Positions 30,727 through 40,041 of a stretch of DNA of 64,000 bases are shown here, piece after piece; the stretch's first letter is position 1; the number at the start of each line of letters is the position of its first letter. This DNA is from Acidobacteriota bacterium (GTDB taxonomy: Bacteria; Acidobacteriota; Thermoanaerobaculia; Multivoradales; Multivoraceae), in contig WTGQ01000002.1 of the NCBI GenBank assembly GCA_011525365.1, forward strand, positions 3,745,941 to 3,809,940, read 5' to 3'. The position numbers and the translations under genes were made by a program. Below the pieces are notes generated by a model that saw only the letters and a list, made by a program, of their open reading frames with translations, did no database searches and had not been told where the DNA came from.

Positions 30727-31090
30727 CTAGTCGTCGTCCTCGTCGTCGTCCTCGTCGTCGTCATCCTCGTCGTCGTCATCCTCGTCGCCTTCGTCGTCCT
30801 CATCCCCTTCGTCGCCTTCGTCATCCTCGTCGCCTTCGTCGTCCTCGTCACCCTCGTCGTCCTCGTCGCCTTCGTCGTCCTCGTCGCCTTCGTCGTCCTC
30901 GTCGCCTTCGTCGTCCTCGTCGCCCTCGTCGTCCTCGTCATCCTCGTCGCCCTCGTCGTCCTCGTCACCCTCGTCCCCCTCGTCGCCTTCGTCGTCCTCG
31001 TCACCTTCGTCGTCCTCGTCACCCTCGTCGTCCTCGTCGCCTTCGTCGTCCTCGTCGTCCTCGTCACCCTCGTCACCCTCGTCATCGTCG
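30727..31090. repeat. Tandem 18-nt (and sub-unit 9-nt) coding repeat gtcgtcctcgtcgccttc xN
   Basis: Directly visible in the sequence; it encodes the acidic tail of the lipoprotein on the minus strand and produces an RRP-rich shadow ORF on the plus strand. Confidence 0.8.
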
Positions 31091-31536
31091 CTCGCGGAGA
31101 CGAAACCGATTCCCGTGCCGTCGATGCCCTCAAGGATCTCCTTGCTCAAGGTGCCTTCAGCATCCTCGTTGGTGCTCTCCACGCCCTCAAGCTCGCTCTT
31201 TCCCGGGAGCGTGGATGACAACCTGACCCCGGCTGTCTCCGAGGCGGACTCCAGGTCGACTCCGGTATCGTCCATGAAGACGCGCAACCGCGGCCGCTCG
31301 CCCGGGACGTCGACGTCGCCATCCCGGTCGCCATCGCCATCGCCGTTGGCGCCCTCGCTTTCGGGCGCTTTCTCCACAGCGAACTTGGGCGCCGTGGGAA
31401 GCAGCGGGTCGCCATCCTCGCTGCAGCCGGCGGCGACGAAGCAGGCGCCGAGAAGCAGCACCAGCGTCCGGGCCCACAGCGACGTGATGATCAGACCGGG
31501 GCCGCTGACAAAGGCCCGGGGATTCTCCGGATTCAT
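30727..31536 (-). CDS. Lipoprotein with extremely acidic (DEG)n C-terminal tail
   Basis: Lipobox LLLGACFVAAGCSED after a signal peptide. The last ~120 aa are almost pure D/E/G repeats (DEDDEGDEDDEGDE...). Confidence 0.6.
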   Translation of the reverse strand: MNPENPRAFVSGPGLIITSLWARTLVLLLGACFVAAGCSEDGDPLLPTAPKFAVEKAPESEGANGDGDGDRDGDVDVPGERPRLRVFMDDTGVDLESASETAGVRLSSTLPGKSELEGVESTNEDAEGTLSKEILEGIDGTGIGFVSASDDDEGDEGDEDDEDDEGDEDDEGDEDDEGDEDDEGDEGDEGDEDDEGDEDDEDDEGDEDDEGDEDDEGDEDDEGDEDDEGDEDDEGDEDDEGDEGDEDDEGDEDDDDEDDDDEDDDEDDD

Positions 31537-31597
31537 GGCGCGACCTCCACCGTCTTGATGGCAGAAGGAAACTCTCAGCAGGCTAACACGGCGCGCG

Positions 31598-32728
31598 CTA
31601 CCGCGAACACCTGAAGGCCTGCGTATCGCTCCTGGTGGACGCAGTCACTCCCTGCACGTTGTCGTGCTTCCACGTCGTGCCGTCCGGAGCCGTCACCAGG
31701 AGCTTGAACTCCAGCGTCGTGACCGGCGCGACGAAGACCCAGCGGTGACCGTTCCGTGAGCAACCGTCGAGGACCTTGACCAGGACTTCCGCGTTGTCTC
31801 GATTGAAGAACCAAAGCAATCCGGATTCCCCCGAGGCCCAGATGCCGCTCTTCGCCTGGCCCACCCGGCCGTCGGGCGTGCGGTAACACATGCTGACCTC
31901 GTAACCACCCTCGAACTGAAGCAGCATCGTGGTCGGCGTGCAGTCCTCGGCCGGAAGAGGCGTGGTTGCCTCGTGGTCCACGCCCAGGCGCATGAAGTAC
32001 GCGGTAGCCACCGACTCGGCGTTCCATGAACTCCACGGGCTTTCGGAGGAGGATCGGTACCGCCAGAAGTTCCTCGTACCGCCCGGCCCATTGCGATCCT
32101 CGGCGAACCCTTTGCCACTCGAGTTCGACCACTGAACACCCAGCCACACATCGCCGCCATCGAGCCGCTGCGAAGTGATCTCGCCACGGTTGATCAAGCC
32201 GCACGTACCCCGCCCTCTCGCCAAACCGGAAATGGTGGCCGAGTACGCGGCCAACGGAGTGCCGGGCCGCCCACCGGAGTCACGGTAGAACGTCAGGACG
32301 AACGTCACGTCTGCATTGTCGTCGTCCGGCTCACGACCAAAGCACGCCGTCACGGATGTGACGATGCCCGCGCGAGGCAAGCGGAATCGCTGCGCGTACT
32401 CCTGTTCATGCGCGCCGGTGATGCGGGTAAACGCCTCGGGGGTGCCGTCGTCGTAGCTGTACTCCGTCGAGGCCGGCGACACGATCCCGGTCAGGTCCGA
32501 CGCCACGTCAGCAATCCACCCGTCGCCTGGGTCAACCAGAATCGAGTCGACGTCCTCCTTGCCGGCGGCATCCATGTCCAGGACATGCCCACCGTAGATA
32601 CGGACCGACGTCCCCGCCAACGAACCGTCTGCACTCTGAGCCGCCAGAGGCGACGAAAGAGCCAGGCTCAGCGTCACCAGGGTCCCAAGGCAGTTGCTTC
32701 CTTTCCTTCGAACGGAGCTACTGTTCAC
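31598..32728 (-). CDS. Secreted protein of unknown function with C-terminal Cys domain shared with the LRR-metalloprotease
   Basis: Signal peptide (LVTLSLALSSPLAAQ). The C-terminal ~110 aa (CTPTTMLLQFEGGYEVSMCY...SGLLWFFNRDNAEVLVKVLDGCSRNGHRWVFVAPVTTLEFKLLV) aligns with both tandem domains of the 1282-aa protein. Confidence 0.65.
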   Translation of the reverse strand: MNSSSVRRKGSNCLGTLVTLSLALSSPLAAQSADGSLAGTSVRIYGGHVLDMDAAGKEDVDSILVDPGDGWIADVASDLTGIVSPASTEYSYDDGTPEAFTRITGAHEQEYAQRFRLPRAGIVTSVTACFGREPDDDNADVTFVLTFYRDSGGRPGTPLAAYSATISGLARGRGTCGLINRGEITSQRLDGGDVWLGVQWSNSSGKGFAEDRNGPGGTRNFWRYRSSSESPWSSWNAESVATAYFMRLGVDHEATTPLPAEDCTPTTMLLQFEGGYEVSMCYRTPDGRVGQAKSGIWASGESGLLWFFNRDNAEVLVKVLDGCSRNGHRWVFVAPVTTLEFKLLVTAPDGTTWKHDNVQGVTASTRSDTQAFRCSR

Positions 32729-32781
32729 GCCGCTTCTCCTTTCGTTCTCTTCGCGAGCCCGGCTGCCGGACGATTCTTCCT

Positions 32782-34449
32782 TTACTTGCGATCCTCGGTC
32801 CGAATCAACCGTGCCTGCGCTTCCGCCGCGGCCAGAACGACCGCCGACTCCGTGGCGTTCGCGTCGTAGTAGCCGACGAAGCGGTTAGTTTCGAAGGCGT
32901 CGTAGTCGGCCAGGTTGCGGGCCCAGCGATAGCCGATCGTCTGGAACAGGAGGCGGGCCGACACGGTGACGGCCGTGACCCCGGCGGCAACCGGGAAGCG
33001 GTAGCGAACCGTGTCGTTGCCGGCCACGAAGTCCGGGTCGCCGGCAGCCGCTCCGAGTACCGCCACGTCGCCGGGCGCCGACGCCTTGTCGAAGCCGTCC
33101 GGCAGCAGGCGGTTGTCCTTCGCGTAGCGGACACCCCGCAGCAGCGCCGTCGTCACCCGGTCCGCGTGGTCGACGATGATCGACTCGTAGATCTGGACCT
33201 GATCGGGCCCCGAGATCTCGGCATGGTGCGGCTCGAAGGCGCCCGGGTCGGCGTCGTTGTCGTTGCCGGCGATCGACCCGTCCGGCCGCATCGCCCCCGA
33301 CTCGAAGAGAACGCCGCCGTTCTGGTCGCGGACCGTCAGGTGGAGCCAGGCCCGGCGCGACGGGTAGGCGGTCGGCAGCTTGTGGCCGGCGAGGTTCCGG
33401 ACCTCGACGTCGACGACGACTTCGCCGGGCTCGAGACGCAGATCGATACGGTCGATCTTCGCCGTGTCGTTGCGGAGGTGCTCGGCCGTCCGCGCAGCCG
33501 ACGCTTCGAGTTCGTCGGACGGCGCCGTCACGTTCAGTTCGTCCCGGTACCGGTTGAGCAGGCGCAGCATGAAGGCGTTGCCGCCGCGGAAAGCGTGAAG
33601 CGAGAGTCCCTCCCGCTGCTCGCCCAGCACCGACGAGATCGGCGCCTCCGCCGCCACCGGCATGTGGCAGTCCTGGCAGCTCTGGTCGCCGCGGTAGCCG
33701 CTGTTGAGCCACTCGAGGTACGGCACCTGCTCGGGCAGCCGGCCGACCTCACGGCCCTCCTCGTCGAGGGCGGTCGTGAACAGGGTGTGGCAGGTGGCGC
33801 AGAGCTCCGACTCCTGGATATGCGCGCCGGCCGCGGGCTGGAAGCCGGAGGCGGACTCCATGATCCGCTGCAGCCCCTCGTCGAGATCGTCGAAGGGTCC
33901 GAAGGCGGTCGCCACGCCCGCCTCGGGGCCGCCGACGAGAAAGCCGCCGTCGAAGCTCTCGTGCTCGCCCAGGTTGTCCGGGCGGATCTGGTGGCAGACG
34001 GTGCAGGAAACGCCGTCGAGCGCGGCCGCCACGTCCGGTCCCACTGCGGCATCCGGGCCCAGATGCGCGAAGACCTCGCCGAGCCCGCCCGCGGCCTTCG
34101 CCGCCGTCCTCGCCATCGGCATGTGACAGGTGGAACAGGTGTCCTCGATCGCCGCCTGACGTTCCGGCTGATCCATCACTTCGCGCCGGACCGCCGCCTG
34201 CCAGTAGGGATCGCGTGCCGAGTTGGCCATCATCGTCGCCCGCCAGGCGTGACCGATCGAGACGTCCTGGCCGTCCGCGTCCGTCAGGTTGCTGTGACAG
34301 GCGATGCACTGGTCCGACGTCTCGAACACGGGCGCCGCAGCAGGCGCCGGACCCTGCGCAATCGCCACGGACGACACGAAGAGCCCGAGAAGCGCCGGCG
34401 CCAGCCGGCGGCCCGCGAGGCGCGCGCGGAACCGAACGTCACCAGCCAT
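32782..34449 (-). CDS. Secreted pentaheme c-type cytochrome
   Basis: Signal peptide and five CxxCH motifs (CIACH, CSTCH, CTVCH, CATCH, CQDCH) in 555 aa. Confidence 0.8.
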   Translation of the reverse strand: MAGDVRFRARLAGRRLAPALLGLFVSSVAIAQGPAPAAAPVFETSDQCIACHSNLTDADGQDVSIGHAWRATMMANSARDPYWQAAVRREVMDQPERQAAIEDTCSTCHMPMARTAAKAAGGLGEVFAHLGPDAAVGPDVAAALDGVSCTVCHQIRPDNLGEHESFDGGFLVGGPEAGVATAFGPFDDLDEGLQRIMESASGFQPAAGAHIQESELCATCHTLFTTALDEEGREVGRLPEQVPYLEWLNSGYRGDQSCQDCHMPVAAEAPISSVLGEQREGLSLHAFRGGNAFMLRLLNRYRDELNVTAPSDELEASAARTAEHLRNDTAKIDRIDLRLEPGEVVVDVEVRNLAGHKLPTAYPSRRAWLHLTVRDQNGGVLFESGAMRPDGSIAGNDNDADPGAFEPHHAEISGPDQVQIYESIIVDHADRVTTALLRGVRYAKDNRLLPDGFDKASAPGDVAVLGAAAGDPDFVAGNDTVRYRFPVAAGVTAVTVSARLLFQTIGYRWARNLADYDAFETNRFVGYYDANATESAVVLAAAEAQARLIRTEDRK

Positions 34450-35548
34450 CCAGGAACCCTCCGTCGAACCAGTCCCAGAGCAGGTAGACGACGGCCTGCA
34501 CGCCGCGGTCCTCGTCGTCGTCGAGAGGAAAGCGGACGCCCGCGTTCAGCAGGATGTGCTGCCGGGTGTTCAGGCTCACCTGCACCTGCGGCGCGAGGTC
34601 GACCTCGACCGACGCCCCCGAGGCCAGGCCGCGCTCCGCCAGGATTTCGAGCATCGGCGTCCACGCCCGGCCGAACTCGCCTTCGGTCCAGGTGCGCCCG
34701 ATCGTCATCCGCAGTTCCGCCTTGTCGCCGGCGTCGCCGTCCACCGCGATCTCGCCCAGGGCCTGGAACTGGAGGAAGGCGTCGCCGGGGAGGAGATGCC
34801 CGTAGGCCGCGTACGGTTCGAACACGGTGACGCGATCGTCGGAGCCGTCGTCGCCCTCCGTCCGCACCAGCACCGCCTCGGCCCCCAGGCTGAAGATCGA
34901 GCCGCGCCGCAGGTCGTGGTGAACGGTGTGCTTGTAGCCGAGCGCCAGGTCGCCCAGGTCGAAGCCGCTCCCGGCGTCGCCGTGTTCGACCGGGACCGCC
35001 ACCTCGATCATCCCCCGCGGGCCGAACCGCTTCTCGTACAGGAACTCCGTCTCCGTGCCGCCGCCGCCGTCCGTGTCGGCGAGCACCGTCACGACGATCT
35101 CGTCCTCGGGGAACGCCTTCTCGGTGAACAGCGGCCGGGGCAGATTGAACTCGCCCCGGGGCCAGGCGTCGTTGACGCAGAACGTCCGCACGTGACGGAG
35201 AATCGAGAAGATCTCCGCTTCGCCCAGCTTGGCCCCGAACGCCGGCATCATCCGGTCGAAGGCCCGGACGGGGCCGCCTTCGTGGATCACGGCGTACCAG
35301 TCGGGGTCCGGCTCCCGCGAGGCGAACTCGCAGTCGGTGAAGTCGGGGAGCGGGGTCTCGAAGCCGACTTCCCGCTGCGGCCGGCCCCGGCCGTCGTCGC
35401 CGTGGCAGGCGGCGCAGGCGCGGGTGTAGAGGTCCGCGTCGCTCGCCGGCTGGGCCAGGGCCGCCGCCGGCAGCAGCAGGGACAGGACCGCGACAAACCG
35501 GGAAAGCGCTTCCAAGTAGCGCTCAGCGTAGCAGCGCGACCCGCGCAC
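34439..35548 (-). CDS. Monoheme cytochrome c domain fused to a C-terminal acidic domain ending in W (possible beta-barrel/OM-associated)
   Basis: GTG start right after the thiE stop. Signal-like segment LSRFVAVLSLLLPAAALAQ, CAACH heme motif, then a ~250-aa D/E/G-rich domain ending ...FDGGFLDGW. The stop overlaps the start of the pentaheme cytochrome gene by 11 nt. Confidence 0.6.
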   Translation of the reverse strand: MRGSRCYAERYLEALSRFVAVLSLLLPAAALAQPASDADLYTRACAACHGDDGRGRPQREVGFETPLPDFTDCEFASREPDPDWYAVIHEGGPVRAFDRMMPAFGAKLGEAEIFSILRHVRTFCVNDAWPRGEFNLPRPLFTEKAFPEDEIVVTVLADTDGGGGTETEFLYEKRFGPRGMIEVAVPVEHGDAGSGFDLGDLALGYKHTVHHDLRRGSIFSLGAEAVLVRTEGDDGSDDRVTVFEPYAAYGHLLPGDAFLQFQALGEIAVDGDAGDKAELRMTIGRTWTEGEFGRAWTPMLEILAERGLASGASVEVDLAPQVQVSLNTRQHILLNAGVRFPLDDDEDRGVQAVVYLLWDWFDGGFLDGW

Positions 35549-35556
35549 CCAGCGGT

Positions 35557-36255
35557 CTAGGCGAGCGCTCGCAGCAGACGCCGGCAGGAGGCGGCGAGAT
35601 CCCCGGGATCGAGTGCCGAGACGACCGCCACCGCGTCGGCCCCGGCCTCGATGACCCGCGGGGCGCGGTCCGCGTCGATGCCGCCGATCCCGATCAGGGG
35701 CTTCGATGTGACCTCTCTGGCTTCGGCAACGCCGGCGAGCCCGACCACCGGGTCGGGGCGTTCCTTCGTCGTCGTCCCGAACACCGGGCCGATGGCCAGC
35801 GCGTCGACGGCGGCGTCGCCGTCCGCCTCCTCGGCCTGCGCGCGGCCGTGCGTCGAGCGGCCGATGGGACATGCGGGAGGAACCGACCGCCGCGCCGCCG
35901 CGGGCGGCAGGTCGTCCTGGCCGAGATGGAGACCGACGCGAAGACCAACGCGCGGGCCACTCGCCAGAAGCGCCGCCGCGATCACGGCGTTGTCGTTGAT
36001 CCACAGCAGCGGCGCGTCCTCTTCACGGTCCGCGCCCGAGGCCTCCCCGAACACCCGCCCCACCGCATCGGCCAGCCCCCACGCGGCGAGCTCCGGCAAC
36101 CCCTTCGCGCGAAGCTGAATCCAGCGCGCGCCGCAGTCGAGCAAGATGCGAACCGCGGACGTCACGGTCGCCGGTTCGGAGCCGAAGAAGCCCGTATCGA
36201 CGATCGCGTAGAGGCGGTTCGCCGGCGGCCGGAACCCAGGTCGGCGAACGCTCAC
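35557..36255 (-). CDS. thiE: Thiamine-phosphate synthase
   Basis: YAIVDTG...IQLRAKG...GASGADR (TMP-TENI family). GTG at 36255 overlaps the accC stop (GTGA); the ORF-track N-terminal 113 aa is shadow. Confidence 0.75.
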   Translation of the reverse strand: MSVRRPGFRPPANRLYAIVDTGFFGSEPATVTSAVRILLDCGARWIQLRAKGLPELAAWGLADAVGRVFGEASGADREEDAPLLWINDNAVIAAALLASGPRVGLRVGLHLGQDDLPPAAARRSVPPACPIGRSTHGRAQAEEADGDAAVDALAIGPVFGTTTKERPDPVVGLAGVAEAREVTSKPLIGIGGIDADRAPRVIEAGADAVAVVSALDPGDLAASCRRLLRALA

Positions 36256-37627
36256 GCCTCTCCCTCCTGTTCCAGCCGATCGAGGAAGCCGGTGTCCACC
36301 TCGGCCTCCGCGAAAAGCCGCGACTCGACGATCCTGCGCATCAGCGGCAGCGTGGTGCGGATGCCGTCGACCTCGAACTCCCGAAGCGCCCTGGCCATCC
36401 TCGATACCGCCTCGGCGCGGTCCTTGCCGTAGGCGACCACCTTGGCCAGCAGCGAGTCGTAGTGCGGCGGCATGCCGCCTCCTTCGAAACCGTGACTGTC
36501 GACCCGGACGCCGGGGCCCGCGGGCGGCCGGTAGCGGCGCAACGTGCCCGGCGACGGCGCGAAGGTCTCCGGATCCTCGGCGTTGATCCGGCATTCGATC
36601 GCGTGGCCCGAGGTCTCGATGCCGTCAGGAAGTCCCAGCGGCTCGCCTGCCGCGGCGACGATCTGGAGCTTGACCAGGTCGACACCCGTCACCGCCTCGG
36701 TGACCGGATGCTCGACCTGGATGCGCGTGTTCATCTCGAGGAAGTAAAAGCGGTCGCCATCGACCAGGAACTCGACCGTTCCCGCGTTGGAGTAGGCGAC
36801 CCGCCTGGCAAGCCTGAGCGCCGCGTCGGCCAGCGACCGGCGGAGTTCGGAGCTGATCGAGGGCGCCGGAGCTTCCTCCAGCAGCTTCTGGTGCCGGCGC
36901 TGGATCGAACAGTCGCGTTCGCCGAACTGCAACGCGCGGCCGAACGAATCGCCGAAGACCTGCACCTCGATGTGGCGCGGCCGCTCGACCAGGCGCTCCA
37001 GCATGAGTTCGCCGCTGCCAAAGGCCGCCCGGGCCTCGCTCGCGGCGGCGTCCAGGGCCGCTTCGAGGCCGGTCTCGTCGCGAACCGCCCTCATGCCGCG
37101 GCCTCCGCCTCCCGCCGCGGCCTTCAGCATGAGCGGATAACCGACATCCCTGGCCAGCGCCAGCGTCTCCTCGAGCGAAGCCGGCGCCGGGCCGCCCGGC
37201 AGTACGGGCACGTCGGCCTCGATCGCGGCTTCGCGCGCTCTCCTCTTGTCCCCCAGGGTACGGATCGCGGACGGCGACGGTCCGATCCAGGTCAGGCCGC
37301 AACGCTCGACGGCATCGGCGAAGTCCGCATTCTCGGCCAGGAACCCGTACCCCGGATGAACCGCCTGCGCGCCGGTGATGCTCGCCGCGGCGAGCAGGTT
37401 CTGCTGGTGAAGGTAGCTCGCCGCGGGCGCCGGCGGACCGACACAGACGGCCGCGTCCGCCAGGCGCACGTGCAGCGCGTCCCGGTCGGCGGTGCTGAAG
37501 ACCGCGACCGTTTCGATGTCGAGATCGCGGCAGGCGCGAATGACGCGGACGGCGATCTCGCCTCGGTTCGCGACCAGGATCTTCCGGAACGGCCGCGCGG
37601 CGCTCGCCTCTCCCGGCAGCGCGGTCT

Positions 37628-37631
<4 letters not shown>
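36252..37631 (-). CDS. accC: Acetyl-CoA carboxylase biotin carboxylase subunit
   Basis: KILVANRGEIAVRVIRACRDL..., ATP-grasp and biotin carboxylase C-terminal motifs. TTG start at 37631 overlaps the accB stop. Confidence 0.9.
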
Positions 37632-38087
<456 letters not shown>

Positions 38088-38101
<14 letters not shown>

Positions 38102-38309
38102 GGTCCGGCACCTCCCGGGCGCGGATTGTAGCCCGCGGCGGGAGCACTCCCAGACGCTCGAGTGCCTCGCGGGCCCGCCGGCTGGCCGGGTCGGCCGAAA
38201 GCACGCGCTGGAAGATCGCGATTGCCTCCCTCCGGTGGCCCTGAGCCAGGTACAACTCGCCGATCGTCACCGTCGGCTTCGGCGAAGTCGGGCGCTCCCC
38301 GGCAGCCAC
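38088..38309 (-). CDS. Possible small TPR-like protein upstream of accB
   Basis: GTG-initiated 74-aa product ending in one TPR-like helix-turn-helix (IGELYLAQGHRREAIAIFQRVLSADPASRRAREAL). High GC3 supports coding but the start is uncertain; it could be leader sequence. Confidence 0.25.
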
Positions 38310-38320
38310 GCTCCGGCGGC

Positions 38321-39253
38321 CTACTGGCCCGTGACCTGGACGAACTTCGTCACCTCGTCGGACCCCAGCGAGTTCGTGGCCCGGAAGGTGACCGCGTAGG
38401 TGCCCGGCTCGTCGTACGTGTGCGTCGGGTTCTGGCGCGTGCTCGTGTTGCCGTCGCCGAATGACCACAGCCAGCTCGTGGTGCGGCCGTCCGTCGTGTC
38501 CTCGAAGGCGACCAGCAGATTGCGGGTGTTGAACGTGAAGTCGGCCCGCGGCAATCGCTGAATCGCTACGCTGACGTTCGTCGTAACGAGCTGGCCGGCG
38601 CCGCTGCCCACGTCCACGCCGATCTCGAAGCTGTCGCCCGACACCGTGTCGAGATCGCCGGAGGTGACGACGAGCCGGTCCGACGCCGTGCCGTCCGCGG
38701 CCGTGGAGATCAGCCCGCCGCCCGAGTCGAGCGTGCCGATCTCCGTCCGGAAGTTGACCTCCGCCTTCTCGAGCGGCTGGCCGCGGTCGTCACGCACGAT
38801 CGCCAGCAGATCGGCCTCGCCACCGGTCTCGGGCACGCTGTTCGGCGTCACCTGCACGGTGACCGAAGCCGGCGACAGGCCGAGCTGTACGTCGATCGTC
38901 GCGGTCTCGGAACCGCCGGTGTTGGCCGACACGGTGGCGACACCGAACTGGCCGTCGGCCTCCAGCATCGCCAACGCTTCTCCCCGGTCGTCGACGCCGA
39001 CACTGGGCGGAATCGAGCCAAGCGTCGTCGTAAGGCGGATCAGGGTGCCGCGGCTGACCGGCGTTCCGTTCGGCCTGAGCGCGACGACCCGGATCTCGGC
39101 GCTCCCGTCCGACGGGATGCGGTCCGGATTCGCACTGATCGTGATCAGGGTCCCCGACGGGGCCACCGGACTCGTCTTGTCGCACGCCGCGAAGACCGCC
39201 AGCAACAGGCTGGCGGCCATGGCGGCTGGCAGGAATCGGCGCCGTGTGTCCAT
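38321..39253 (-). CDS. Lipoprotein with bacterial Ig-like (Big) domains and C-terminal PKD domain
   Basis: Lipobox LLLAVFAACD. Ig-like repeats (VTVQVTPNSVPETGGEADLLAIVRDDRGQPLEKAEVNF). PKD signature WLWSFGDGNTSTRQNPTHTYDEPGTYAVTFRATNSLG. Confidence 0.7.
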   Translation of the reverse strand: MDTRRRFLPAAMAASLLLAVFAACDKTSPVAPSGTLITISANPDRIPSDGSAEIRVVALRPNGTPVSRGTLIRLTTTLGSIPPSVGVDDRGEALAMLEADGQFGVATVSANTGGSETATIDVQLGLSPASVTVQVTPNSVPETGGEADLLAIVRDDRGQPLEKAEVNFRTEIGTLDSGGGLISTAADGTASDRLVVTSGDLDTVSGDSFEIGVDVGSGAGQLVTTNVSVAIQRLPRADFTFNTRNLLVAFEDTTDGRTTSWLWSFGDGNTSTRQNPTHTYDEPGTYAVTFRATNSLGSDEVTKFVQVTGQ

Positions 39254-39290
39254 CTCTCGAATCAGTATACGAACGCTGCCGGAAGAGCGT

Positions 39291-39962
39291 CTATTCGCTC
39301 GGGGTCCGTCCGGCGCCGACCCAGATGAGTCTGGTCACTTCGTCAGATCCCACCGAGTTGCCAGCCCGCAGCGTGACCGCGTAGTAGCCCGGCTCCGGGA
39401 AGGTGTGGGCCGGACTCTGGCGCGTGCTCGTGGCGCCGTCTCCGAAGTCCCACTGTCTGCTCGTCACCCGACCCGCGGAAACATCCCTGAAGGCGACCAG
39501 CAGGCCGCCGGGGCTGTACTTGAAGGCAGCGTCCGGCTGACGCTGGATGCGGACGGCGACGTCCTCCGTCACCAGTTGTCTGCCGCCGGAGCCGACCGCC
39601 GCCGACAACCAGAACCTGTTCTCCTCCACCGTGGCAAGTTCAGCAGCGGTCACGGTGAGCCGATCGGTGACGCCACCGTCCGGTCCGGTTGTGACCAACC
39701 GTCCTCCGGAGCCGAGCGAACCGGTCTGGGTGAGGAAGTTCACCCTCGCGTTCTCCAGCGGCCGCCCGTGATCGTCGCGCACGAGGGCGAACAGCTCGAC
39801 CTCCCCGCCGCTCTCCGGCACGCTGCTCGGCGTCACCTGGACTGTCACCGACCCGGCCGCAGCTTCCACGTCCTGGGCAAGAGCCGGCGCCACCGCAACG
39901 CCAGGCAGCACCGCGCCCACAATCGCTACCAGAACCAGGTGTGTTCGACGAGTTCCGATCAT
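39291..39962 (-). CDS. Secreted Big/PKD-domain protein (paralog of the preceding gene)
   Basis: Signal peptide and the same Ig-like motif (VTVQVTPSSVPESGGEVELFALVRDDHGRPLENARVNF), then PKD (QWDFGDGATSTRQSPAHTFPEPGYYAVTLRAGNSVG). Confidence 0.7.
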   Translation of the reverse strand: MIGTRRTHLVLVAIVGAVLPGVAVAPALAQDVEAAAGSVTVQVTPSSVPESGGEVELFALVRDDHGRPLENARVNFLTQTGSLGSGGRLVTTGPDGGVTDRLTVTAAELATVEENRFWLSAAVGSGGRQLVTEDVAVRIQRQPDAAFKYSPGGLLVAFRDVSAGRVTSRQWDFGDGATSTRQSPAHTFPEPGYYAVTLRAGNSVGSDEVTRLIWVGAGRTPSE

Positions 39963-40041
39963 CTCGTTCCCTCCTTGATCTCGTTTCCGACCGTCAAGGA
40001 TCTCTACGGAACGCCGCGGATTGGCGTCTACTGGCCAGCAC

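Noticed and set aside
30594-31226. 210-aa plus-strand ORF rich in RRPRR repeats
   Set aside because: Reverse-strand reading of the tandem repeat that encodes the acidic lipoprotein tail. It is a repeat-induced artefact.
33166-35560. ORFs 33166..34830 (+), 34304..35560 (+) and 33749..34309 (-)
   Set aside because: Antisense or alternative frames of the two cytochrome c genes, which have clear CxxCH motifs in their own frame.
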